Source: Podarcis vaucheri
Taxonomy: Eukaryota
DNA length: 64,000 nt
Assembly (NCBI GenBank): GCA_965113315.1
Contig: OZ220373.1
Strand: one strand, 5' to 3'
Shown here: piece by piece, positions 41,271-52,515 of the stretch
Position numbering within the stretch: the stretch's first letter is position 1
How the letters are laid out: every line of letters begins with the position of its first letter
Notes under the pieces: model-generated
What the model saw: only the letters and a program-made list of their open reading frames with translations
Database searches by the model: none
Told to the model about the DNA's origin: nothing
Position numbers and translations under genes: made by a program

Positions 41271-41540
41271 CGGGAGCTCAGTTGGTTAGAGCGTGGTGCT
41301 GATAGTGCCAAGATCGCAGGTTTGATCCCCGTACTGCACAACTGCATATTCCTGCATTGCAGGGGGTTGGACTAGATCACGCATCCCCAACCTTCGGCCC
41401 TCCAGATGTTTTGGACTACAATTCCCATCATCCCTGACCACTGGTCCTGTTAGCTAGGGATCATGGGAGTTGTAGGCCAAAACATCTGGATGCTTGGACT
41501 GGATGTTCCTTGGGGTTCCTTCCAACTCTACAATTCTATG
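41271..41540 (+). mobile_element. tRNA-derived SINE with CR1-like 3' tail, interrupted by a hAT MITE
   Basis: Head agctcagttggttagagcgtggtgctgata...gcaggtttgatcccc (A/B boxes); tail gggttggactagat...ccttccaactctacaattctatg. Confidence 0.75.
41378..41496. mobile_element. Short hAT-like MITE inserted in the SINE
   Basis: TSD gactagat (41370-41377) / gactggat (41497-41504); right TIR partly deleted. Confidence 0.8.
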
Positions 41541-44109
41541 TTTTTATGGGAGGAAGAAGCTCCATCTCATGATCTTCTTAGCACTTGCACTTCAACCAAA
41601 TCACATATTTATCATCCGAGAGAGAATGCAGCCCCCGACTGGCATGGCTGACCCACATAGGGCATCTGTTAAGGGCAGCCTCCTGACTTTCTTACAAAAC
41701 TCAGAGGAAAAATATGAGTGGGAGTTGCGGGAGCCACAAAATAGAAACAGAAATCTGGTGTGTGTGTGTTTCAGCATATGCAGATGTGCAGGCAGGCTGT
41801 ACTCCAGAGTACGGGGTACACTCAGTGGCATCATTAAAGAGGTTTGAGTCTCTGAAGTGGGGTAAACATAGAAAAGAAACCCGCTGCTGAAATGAGTGAT
41901 ATCTGCCATGTCTGCCTGGCTGCAACCTCTCTGCCCAACATATGCACGGTGGAACTGTGATATCATGGCGTTTAACATAATTTTACAAAACCATTGAAAG
42001 TGCTATATTGTGTGGAAATATGCAGATTTCATACATTAGAAGAGGAACAATGGGAGAAGTTAGGAAATCAGCCCTTTGTTCCCATGACTGAAAAATGAAA
42101 TTGAGAAAGCAGTACCAAGCATATCCTGGGATGCTAAACTCCTATGATCTTTGGTCTTTGCTGAGAAACTTAAAAGAACCATTAAAAATTGGGATAGGCA
42201 CAAGACCACCAAGACAGCATGCGTGCACTTTAGGGGGAAAACCCTGCTTTTTAGTACTTAGCGCATTTGCCTGCGCAATAAACTTAGCAAGTATGCCAAA
42301 AACCTAATTTACTTAACATTTGCTTACTAATACAACAAAGGTTTTTCTAGCCATCTCTTCACAAGGATAAAAACAATCTTATTCATTTTCCTGCTTTGAT
42401 TTGATTAAAGAAGAAATTTTTTTAAAAAAATTATTAAATGCCCAGACTTTGTTGCCATTATTTTTTTTTAAAAAAAAATGCAGTTTAATGGACAGCATTT
42501 TTATTTTTGCATTTTATTCAACTTTAATATATGCAGATATCTGTATATTTAAAATATATATGTTCCTACTTTTTAAAGACCTCTCTACTCCAGATGGTCA
42601 GGAAGACCAAAACATCCCCATCATCTTGATGAAAATGGATACCTTCCTGCCTCCATTTTGAAGCAGGCAGCAGATCACAAAACTGGCAGGGAGCCTACTC
42701 TAACATTCACACGCCATGGTAAAAGGAACAAAATTTCACCAATACAATGCAAGAGCAATCAGAAATGGTAGAGAAGGGGAGGGGGGAGGTATCTTACAAA
42801 ACATGGCAATTTCCCTCCAAGAACGAATGCCTGAAGCTAGAAGTCAAATCCTGACAATAACAGTGAAGATTAATGAATCGTTATTTTGCCGAAATCTAGT
42901 AAATAAAGAGCTGCACCTCAGTGTAAACTCTCTTACAGGGAGATTTTCCCAGCATGCAAGGTAATTTTCATAGGATATCATATGGCACAAGGAACTGCCA
43001 TTACCTTGTGTGCTGTTGTCGTAGGAAAATGCCTTATTATTATTATTTTTTTTAAAGTAAAAATATATATGATATATTATATGAAAGAACTCTTTCCTTC
43101 AGAAAGAGTAATCACATCAAGACCAGGGGTAGTTGGTGTCGGCTGACAGAAGTTGGTGATGTCATTTTTAATGTTTTATCCATTATGTTTTGTTAATTAT
43201 TTATTAAGCAATTTTATTATGTACATGAGCCCAGAGGCCAATTCAGCTTTTTTTTAGAACTAGAAATGCTACTATTATAATTACTATTTATGGATGCAAT
43301 AGCATATGGTGAGTGGAGGACAGCCCTAGTGCCAATGAAATTCCCTGAACCGAACCCAGATCCCCTAGATGCAGTTTAAAATCACACCAAACATTTTTAT
43401 TTCGGATTAGCTGGACAGCCAAGGCTTGCTGCAAATACAAGTTTGATTTTTTTGGTTTCCTCCAGTCGGATGGCGTTTGCAATCCTGCACACACTTACCT
43501 GGCAGTAAACCCTATTACACCTAGTGGCACCTTAGCCCTGGTTGCGTGTTCTAGTCCTTGTAAAATTAGGATTGCAAAAAAGGAGAGTGGGAATGGCTGT
43601 GCTAGCGCCACAATTCCCATCACCCTCCAGATGTTTTGAGGCAAATAAATGCAGTGGCCTATTTGCAGCAGCATGGGCTTCCCTTGGGAGAAGGCTTGTC
43701 CTAATCTGTATTAGGAAGCTCGCATGAACAGAAAGATTGCTTGTTTCAGAAGTTATCTGGGGACAGGAAGAGCTAGCATACTCTCCTACTCTCATTGAGT
43801 GATGGATTAAAACACCTGAATAGAGTTGCACTTTTGCATAGATATGCATCCAGCTAATCTACAGATGAGCCTAGGGAATCACAATGCAGAGCTAGGTCAA
43901 CCAGATTCTCTGGATTTTCAAATTACATCAATCAAGGATATGGAAGTGGCTCATTTGGAAAGGATACTCTCCCATCTGTTTTTCTGGAGGGGATGGTTGC
44001 TCTCTCTCTCTCTTGTTGGTGTGCTTGCTTTAGTATGTGATGGGGAATATGAATCAGGAGAACAATTAAGCATTAGTCATGGTCTAGCATGCTAAACCAT
44101 GGTTTAGTG

Positions 44110-44216
44110 CAGGCATAGGCAAACTCGGCCCTCCAGATGTTTTGGGACTACAACTCCCATCATCCCTGACCACTGGTCCTGTTAGCTAGGGATGATAGCA
44201 AGTTTGCCTATGTCTG
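44110..44216. mobile_element. Short hAT-like MITE (internally deleted)
   Basis: caggcataggcaaact...agtttgcctatgtctg; perfect TSD gtttagtg (44102-44109, 44217-44224). Confidence 0.88.
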
Positions 44217-45306
44217 GTTTAGTGAAACATGCCTTAGCAGGAGGAAGGTTCCATGATCCTCAGACTTGTGTGTATTCAACAGCTGTTACTTTCATTTTCC
44301 ATGAACCTTGGTTTTCTGGATGAATGATCGTGGTTTATCACAAACTCTGGTTAGTTTAAACAAGCTGGCTTAAGCAACCCATGACACAGCAAAAGTTCCT
44401 CTAAGTTTTTAACTGTCTACCTACCCATAACAGAATTCTCAGTATCAAAGGGGCGCTCAATTCAAAATGCCTCAACTGATCAACGCCCCCAAACCCAACA
44501 CTATTTCATTTCAATGTTTCTCAAAATTCCAAATAGTTACAAAAGCACAAATAACCCAAAAGCATAAATATTGGTCTGGTGAAACTATATGTACTAGGAA
44601 AGCTTGCTTCTATTTGTTCAAGAAAAACATAAGGGACAGCAACACCAATGAATCAGATTTCTTGGGAGTGATAAATTAGGTAAAGTTTGAACCATATTCT
44701 TCAGAGATAATGCTACAGTAAATTTACATTTTGCTGGTTATAAATACCTAGTTTGTTTTAAATCTTTGTTGAAGAATGAGAAATCCCTCCCCCCCCCCCG
44801 CCAAAAAAACCCACCCGCAACCAGCAGAAAAGCAGCATGATCATTTGGGTTGGCGAACTATGGTCCATGTTTAAGTATAGGGAAAAATAGCATTTCTTGC
44901 ATTTACAAAACTGCACAAGCCTTTTAACTGTCATATCTGTTCCCATACTCCTTAGCTTTGTATCTTGTGCATCCCAAGATCCTATGCTTATTTTCCTGGA
45001 AGCAAGTCCCAGTGAATTCAATGGGGCTCGTTCACCTGTAATGCCCCTAGGATTGTCGCCTGATGGGTTAAGCAAGTACTGTAAGACAGAGCTGCCACTC
45101 CTTCGTGGCTGTTTGCTCCCACCGCCTTGCAATGTCATGGTAAACAAAATGCATGAGGTTACATCATTGCACTGTGCATTGTTCTACCCCAACAGCTGAT
45201 ACGATCCAGTAATCTGAGATGGTGGGGAGTGTGGGGACATGAAAGATGACTTTTACACCCTCCTCAATCATTCCTACAATCTCAAGGCCTGCATTGGCCC
45301 AAGCAT

Positions 45307-45361
45307 TGGAACAGACCTCTCAGCATCCATGATGGAACAGACCTCTCAGCATCCATGATGG
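45307..45361. repeat. Perfect 26-bp tandem duplication
   Basis: tggaacagacctctcagcatccatga x2 followed by tgg. Confidence 0.95.
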
Positions 45362-46035
45362 CAAGGCTACCTGTTCAGTGTCACTTCCAGTTTCTCTCCA
45401 AATCACAAGCTAACCTGTTAATGTTGCGACAGGTTACTCCCTCTATATTCTTTGTAGTGTGTCCCTGTCCACTTCCGGCTTCCGTTTATGGCCTTCCTTC
45501 CTTCCTTTTTGTGCATTCTCAAGCCCCATCCCTATTCTGCCGCCATTGCATTTCCAGCAACAGGCAGGCAAGGCAGCATCTGAATAAGAAAGAAATTGTG
45601 GTTTCCTCCATATCCAGGAAGTGTAAAATTGACGAGTCCTTAGTGAGCAGAAGAATGGGTCCCAGGTTCCACCACTGCAACCACCCAGGACACGCTTTTG
45701 CAGATGGCAGTCCAATTCCAACAGCTTGGGAGTACTTGGCACATGACTGCTGCAACATCAGCCCATTGCTTCTAATGACTGCAGCTGCCATGGGTTTGCT
45801 CCAGCTCAGACTGGAGGCATGTACCTGACAACTGTTTACGACGCGCAGGATGCACACTCCTGCCACCTTTCCAGCATGGTGCACACAGTGGTGTACAAAA
45901 CAACAAAGCCTAATAAAACGCTCACAATTGAAACTGAACTTAAAACACCCCAGCAGCTGCAATATCCAGCAACAAGGCAGAGGGAAAAGATCAGTTAAGG
46001 GTCTTAGTAATGCCCATCTTCTCATGCTCTAAGAC

Positions 46036-46171
46036 CAGGGTTTCCCAAACCTGGGTCTCCAGCTGTTTTTCGACTAAAATTTCCATCATCCCCGACCACT
46101 AGTCCTGCTAGCTAGGGATGATGGGAACTGTAGTCCAAAAACAGCTGGAGACCCAAGTTTGGGAAACCCTG
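46036..46171. mobile_element. Near-perfect palindromic hAT-like MITE
   Basis: cagggtttcccaaacctgggtctccagctgttttt...aaaaacagctggagacccaagtttgggaaaccctg; TSD only partial (tctaagac/atctagac). Confidence 0.85.
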
Positions 46172-46360
46172 ATCTAGACGCAGCTTCCCCATCCCTAGAG
46201 AACAAAGGCTACAAAACCAACACGGATTAAGCATGCTTAAACCCACTGATGTACTTCATTCTGTCCTGGACTGTGATGCCAGAAAACCAATTTTATGCTT
46301 TCTCATGCCATTCATGTTTTAGCTTCATGGTTTGATCATTTTAGAACTGCTGATATTGAG

Positions 46361-46691
46361 CTGGTTCACATGTAATACTAAGCCAAAACATGGTTCAGTG
46401 AGAACACATCAGCATGAGGGTTCCCAGAGAGGAAATTGATGCCTCATTGCTGCTCCCCTGGACCTGCTGCTGCTGTGAGCTAGTCCATGGATTGATTCAG
46501 CATGTTGTCTGAGGCATCTGGTTTGCCTTGTACCAGACGAACCATAAGCCCATGTTGGAGCAACAAGCGAAGTCAAACCATGGCTTAGCTCACAGAAGCA
46601 GCAGGGCCAGGGGAGGAGCATAGTGGCTGGGAACCCACACATTCTTGTTAAGCCATAGCTTAAATGTGAACCAGTGTTGCATGTGAACCGG
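46361..46691. mobile_element. Old MITE, possibly PIF/Harbinger-like (aaaccatggttt-rich family)
   Basis: TIR ctggttcacatgtaatact / agtgttgcatgtgaaccgg (16/19); related copies at ~8060-8460, 21130-21420, 44070-44380, 49060-49960, 61825-62240. Superfamily assignment is a guess. Confidence 0.55.
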
Positions 46692-47953
46692 TATACTGTA
46701 TACAGCAGTAGTTCCCAACTGGTGGTCTGCAGACCCCAGGGAGTCTCCATAACCCACCCAGGGTGTGTGTGACATATAACCGCCAACTGTCTGGAACATC
46801 CCATTTTGGGGGGCCGTGTTCTTCTGTGAGAGCACAGCGCCCCAAAGCGCATGAAATCACAGCTGGACGTGTGTCTTGAGTGAGATTGCAGTGCCCAAAA
46901 ATATGTGGTTTTGGGTGCCGCGCTCTTATGTGGGTCATGAGACTCACATGGGAGTGCAGCCTGGTTTTGCGCTGGGACATGTTGGGAGTGCATGGGGGCA
47001 CCATTCACATAACAAAAACTACCACAAAGACATTAACATTTTCCAAAGTAGAGGGTCCATGGCTTGGCTTTTGGAAAACGGGGTCTACAGTGCTTAGCTA
47101 ACTGGTAACACAGGTGTACAGCATTTCAACTGTCTGCAATGTTGGGAAATGGTGTAGGATTGGTTGTGTGAACAAAGAATGAGTTAATTAAGCTGCTCAC
47201 AAGACTCACACAGGTCACCACTAGATTAAGTCGCAATGCAGATCAGCATGCTGCCGGTTTTACTTGTGTTGCACAAAAAGCATTCTTTGAGCCAAGGGCA
47301 GACAGTCTTTTTCCTTCTCCTTTTCTTTTGAGGTCAACATTCCCTTGGGGTTATGATGTAATGGGGCTGCATGCTGACTGGGGCTGGGGCTAAAATCAGC
47401 AGTGGGTGCGGAGAGAGTCCAAAGTAGATGAGGCCAACCCTTTCGTTCCTATGACGCTGCACCCATCCCGCCCCCGCCCCCCCGGGCTGGCAGGAAAGGG
47501 GATAGATTACTTTTACCACAGGTCTGACCTGATCACATTCCCAGGGCTTTGGGAATTAGTCTCATGTTTTCTAGCACTGCAAATTGCCCATCCCTGCCTT
47601 AAGCCATATTCAAACTTTTATTATTATTTTTTAAAAAATTACACTTTTAAAAAACAGTTTAAAACAAATTGCAATGACACGAATAGGCCAGGTTACAAAA
47701 AATATGCATCTCAGGTCTCCCAGGCCAGGGTAAAGAGGTACATTTTCAGCATTTGATGCGAACTATATAGTGAAGTTGCACAGCTTTGGGGCTGCCACAC
47801 AGAATGCCCTCCCCCAGGCTGCCTCCCCATGTGTAATTCTGAGGCTGGAACTACGAAGAACTACTCCCCCCGCCCGCCCCCTCTTAATACCCAAGGGGGT
47901 CCTGTAGGGAAGGAGGTGGTATTTCAGACATTTGGGACCTAGATCATTTAGGG

Positions 47954-48203
47954 CAGGGGGCAGCAAACGTTTTCAGCAGGGGACCAGTCCACTGTACCTC
48001 AGACCTTGTGGGGGGGCCGGACTATATTTTGAAAAAAATAATGAACGAATTCCTATGCCCACACATAACCCAGAGATGCCTTTTAAATAAAAGCACACCT
48101 TCTACTCATGTAAAAACAGGCTGATTCCTGGACCGTCTGCAGCCTGGATTTAGAAGGCGATTGGGCCTGATCCGGCCCCTGGGCCTTAGTTTGCCTACCC
48201 ATG
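47954..48203 (+). mobile_element. hAT-like MITE inserted in an old minus-strand L2 fragment (~47700-48255)
   Basis: cagggggcagcaaac...gtttgcctacccatg; perfect TSD atttaggg (47946-47953, 48204-48211). Confidence 0.88.
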
Positions 48204-49365
48204 ATTTAGGGCTTTAAACGCCTTGATTTGGGCCCAGAGGCTAACTGGCAACCAATTGCTCCCAATGGGCAAAAAGCCCAAAGACCTGAAAGATAGCTTA
48301 TTTGATTTGAACTATTTTGGGGATAGCTACACGAGTACGCAGACACTGCTGGTTCTCTTTCCAATGGAGCCTCTGTCTACCACAGAGAGTATGGCTGAGC
48401 TGAGACATAATGATCGCAGTCCACTAAACCATGGCTTATGGGACAAAGGATGATTGTTGTAACTATGTGCTCGCTCCTCGTGTTTTCTTTCAGCCCTGAG
48501 ATATCCCCGACTCCACTGAACGATCAGTGGGGGAGTGGGGGGAGCAGTGTTATATAGTCCTCATCTTCAGACTTGTGTAAACCGTAGCGTAGTATAGCAT
48601 ACACTCCAGAATAATCCCCGCACAGATACTGAATGCTGCTTTGCTCCAATTTTTGTGGGTTCCGTCTTCATGGAAGGCCTCTGTTAATGAAACCTATCCA
48701 ATTTAGCTTGCATCTAAAAGTCATATGAAGAGGAAAACGGGATTGAAATGCAAATTTGAGCAGATGTGCAGATCTGACCTGGGCAGTCTGGATTTCTGCC
48801 AATTCCCCCACTATGGTGATGTATGGACCAAGGGACTATTGTCTGAAGTTGGGCCTAGGCCAGAACATGGAGCAAATTTAAAGCTCAAGCAGATGATGGT
48901 GTTAGGAAGTCTGAAAGAGAGGCATCTTTAAGGGATAGCTTGATTATGACAAAGTTATCACTGCCTCTCTCATCCCAGTTTTAATTTGCAGTTTCTCCTT
49001 CAAATATATATGTGTGTTGATTCACCAGGATTTCCTTGCACTTATTTGAAGTGGGGTGGTTTGGGCGTAATACTAAAGTAAGCCATAGTTTAGCATTACG
49101 AGGACAAACCTAACCTCTCCCCAGGCTCCAACAACCCTCCCTCTTTCTCCTACATTGTAATTGTGTAGTTCACAAGCTTTCATTTCCTTTTAAAAAATAA
49201 ATAAATAACCTCAGCTTTTTATGTCATCCAAATCCAGATAAACTATAATGTATGGTTAGTGGAAACAAGCTAACTTCAAACCATAAGTTTACATTGTTGC
49301 TCCGTAACCGCCCCCCCAACCATAGTTAAGTTTAATCACTGTGATCTTTGGTTAACCTGCTAAAC

Positions 49366-49800
49366 CAGGGGTCAGCAAACTTTTTCTGCAGGGGGCCGGT
49401 CCATTGTTCCTCAGACCTTGTGGGGGGCTGGACTATATTTTGGGGAAAAAGAAGTCCCCCACTCGACTCTCCCCTCCCTTCTCCACAGCACCGGACGAGC
49501 CCCGGTAGCTGCTTACCTGTGCCTTGCGAGCAGCAGGGGCTGGCGGTGGAGGGACGATGAGCGGCGGAAAGGGGCTGGCTCCGGAGATGGGCTGCTTAAA
49601 ATGGTGCTCAGCCAACTGTGGCTCAACAAAGCCCAGCCCCCTTCCTCCTCTAGGCAGGGCGGGGAGAAGCCAGGAGGAGGCGGTGTGGGGGGGGGAAGGT
49701 GCAGCCTGGACGATCAGAATCCCCACGCCGATCCAAGTGGCGATACCCAGACCGTCCGCGGGCTGGATCCAGCCCCCAGGCCTTAGTTTGCCAACCCATG
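49366..49800 (+). mobile_element. hAT-like MITE, same termini as 47954 but with a GC-rich interior
   Basis: caggggtcagcaaac...gtttgccaacccatg; perfect TSD tgctaaac (49358-49365, 49801-49808). Confidence 0.9.
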
Positions 49801-50514
49801 TGCTAAACAGTAGGGTTTGGCTAATATGCTAAACTGTGGTTAATCTGAAATTGAAGTATCTCTTCTTGTTCGATTGGCTGTGCTAGAGGAGGATGAAACA
49901 AGAGTACAGAGGAGGCTTGGGTCATTCTCATAATGCTAAACCATAGTTTAACATTAATAACTGAAGACACCCAATGTGAATTTTGCTCTACTCTTCATTC
50001 CCTTTGGGTTAGCAAGTATTGTTCAGAATAATTCTTCGCACAAAATTACATCTGCATTCCCTTTCATCACCCAGCATTTTCAAATAGATTGAGGATTCCT
50101 AAACAAAAGATTTCACATATTTACACTTTTGGTACATTCCAGCTCCAGCCTCTGTTCTTAAAGTTATTTTCTTGCCTGCCTACTTCCATATGCTAGTGCT
50201 CATTTGAAATTATGCCTCAAAGAAATAGCTGTGTAAATAGTAGTTAAACAAGAATATGCTTTTGAAATTTTTCAGATGAGCAAAATGCAAATCCCAATTC
50301 AGATATGAACTCAAAATATTCATTAATATGAGCAATCATACAGCACAATTAATGAATTCTTGATTACTGGTTAGTGGAAACATATTTGTCAGGTCACAGT
50401 AATTGCAAAATTAACAGCACGTTTTGAAATTCTCTCAAAGGAAAACACCATGAATGTCCAAACCGCAACCTGAAAACTGTACAAGCAATAAAAAAACTCG
50501 GAACACATACAGTA

Positions 50515-50740
50515 CAGTGGTACCTCTGGTTGCGAACGGCATCCGTTCCGGAGCCCCGTTCGCAACATGAGCAGAACGCAACCCGTGTCTACGTGGGTCG
50601 CAATTTGCCTCTTCTGTGCATGCGCGTGACATCATTTTGGGCGTCTGCACATGCATGAGCAGCGAAACCCGGTACTTCCCAGTCGCCGTGGGACGCAACC
50701 TGAAAAGATTTAACCTGAAGCATAACAAGAGGTATGACTG
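50515..50740 (+). mobile_element. Tc1/mariner MITE (family of 35725-35943)
   Basis: TA|cagtggtacctctggttgcgaac...agaggtatgactg|TA. Confidence 0.87.
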
Positions 50741-52189
50741 TATACAGTTTTTAGCACTAATATGCACATATATTATGGGTGCCTCTCAAAACAAACCCAG
50801 GAAGAGTATTTTATATCTTTTTTTTTTGCCATTATCACTTACATGAGCTAGTTACAAAGCTAGTTTGCTAGGGCATTTACTAGGCTCATGAGGGACAATG
50901 AGGTATTGAATTAAACTGCAGAACACAGATTTGCAAGAAATGTGGTTTTGCACATTTGTTATTCTACCCTCAAATCAGATAAACTTGACAAAAGAAACCT
51001 TAAATAGAGATATGTTGCAGGCCTACAGTGATCATTGGGTCATAAGAACTCAGGTCTTGATGCCTTGAGATGAGCTCTGCCTTGTCAATATGGGACAGCT
51101 GCCTCCTGCCTTGCAGGGGGTTGGTCTAGATGATCCTCAGGATCCCTTCCAATTCTATGTCTGTGCACAAATTAGGTCCACTGACTTCAAGGAGACACAA
51201 TCTCAGGTTAAAGTATATAAGGATGTGAGCTTTAGTCACAATTTTAACTTTGGGTGGTGGGTGTTAAAGTATTTAACAGTGAATGTTGAAATAATAGCTA
51301 TACTGTTCTTTATTTTATTTTTTGTTGAATCATCCTGAGAAAGAAAAAAACCACCATGGAACAACTCCAGAAAAGATCTGAAAGTACAATATCAAATATG
51401 CCCTAGCTAAGTCCTACAACGAAAAAGTCCCTTAACTGAGACATACAGTAGACTGTGTATGTCCTGTTACTTTTTCATCAGGGTGACATTTTAGAATACC
51501 ACCATGCCTAATGGACCCCATTGCTACCAATTTCAGGAGTAAAAAAAAGAAGAAGTCAGTGCTATGCTAAGATGAAGGTTCTTTCTGCACAATTTAAGCT
51601 TACTAGAAGGAGGAACCTCTCTCTCCCCCCTGCCACTGTGCTGTCCTGGGGGTTCACCTGCCCCCCCAAAGCTAATTTCAGGGGGCACATGGGGATAGGG
51701 AGAACAACATGAGGAGTGGTCTGAGTGCCAGATGGAGGGGGGGGGGTGAAGGACTGCAATTGGCCTACAGTATTCAAGAAGGTAAGGGGAAAGGATAAAG
51801 ACCACCTCTCCCCATGTGACACTCCATATGCATAGATTCAAATTTAGAAATATTATCTCAACAGAGTGAGGAACAAGATTCTGATCAAGTGACCTATGCA
51901 CCTGCCTGCTCAGTCTGAGGTCCAGAAAGGCAACTTCATGGTCCTTTCTTATGGCTCTCTGTCTTTATTCCAGATGGGGACTGGACAGCCCTTCAGGTAG
52001 AGGACTGTCCTCTGTAAAGTAGGACACATGGCCATCCTAGGGAGGTAGCAACATACTTATAGAAGATATACTTGAAGTATTTTACTGAGAATATCTAGGG
52101 TGTATGTGGAATCCCAGTGTTCAAAGGGTAGAGCTGTTGTGATCTGCATAGCTAAGCAACTCTCTCCTTTGACCGGTTTCCTTCTTCTA

Positions 52190-52515
52190 CAGTGGTGCCC
52201 CGCAAGACGAATGCCTCGCAAGACGGAAAACTCACTAGACGAAAGAGTTTTCCATTTTGGAGGTGCTTCGCAAAACGAATTTCCTATGGGCTTGCTTCGC
52301 AAGACGACAATGTCTTGCGAGTTCCTGCTGGTTTTTTCCCCTCCCCCTCTTTGTCTAAGCCGCTAAGCCGCTTATCAGCTGATCCGATCAGCAGATAAGC
52401 CGCTAAAAGCCGCTAATAGCGCTAATCCTTCAATGGGCTTGCTTCGCAAGACGAAAAAACCGCTAGACGAAGAGAATCACAGAACGGATTCTTTTCGTCT
52501 TGCGAGGCACCACTG
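52190..52515 (-). mobile_element. Tc1/mariner MITE, gcaagacga family (copy 3, inverted relative to copies 1 and 2)
   Basis: TA|cagtggtgcccgcaagacgaatgcctcgc...ttcgtcttgcgaggcaccactg|TA; interior is the reverse complement of 31840-32102. Confidence 0.9.

Noticed and set aside
41271-41335. tRNA gene (Ile-like)
   Set aside because: Acceptor stem not intact, and the sequence continues into a CR1-like tail: a SINE head.
45355-47008. ORFs of 157, 168 and 199 aa
   Set aside because: No family resemblance or splice context; they overlap each other and repeats; expected by chance.
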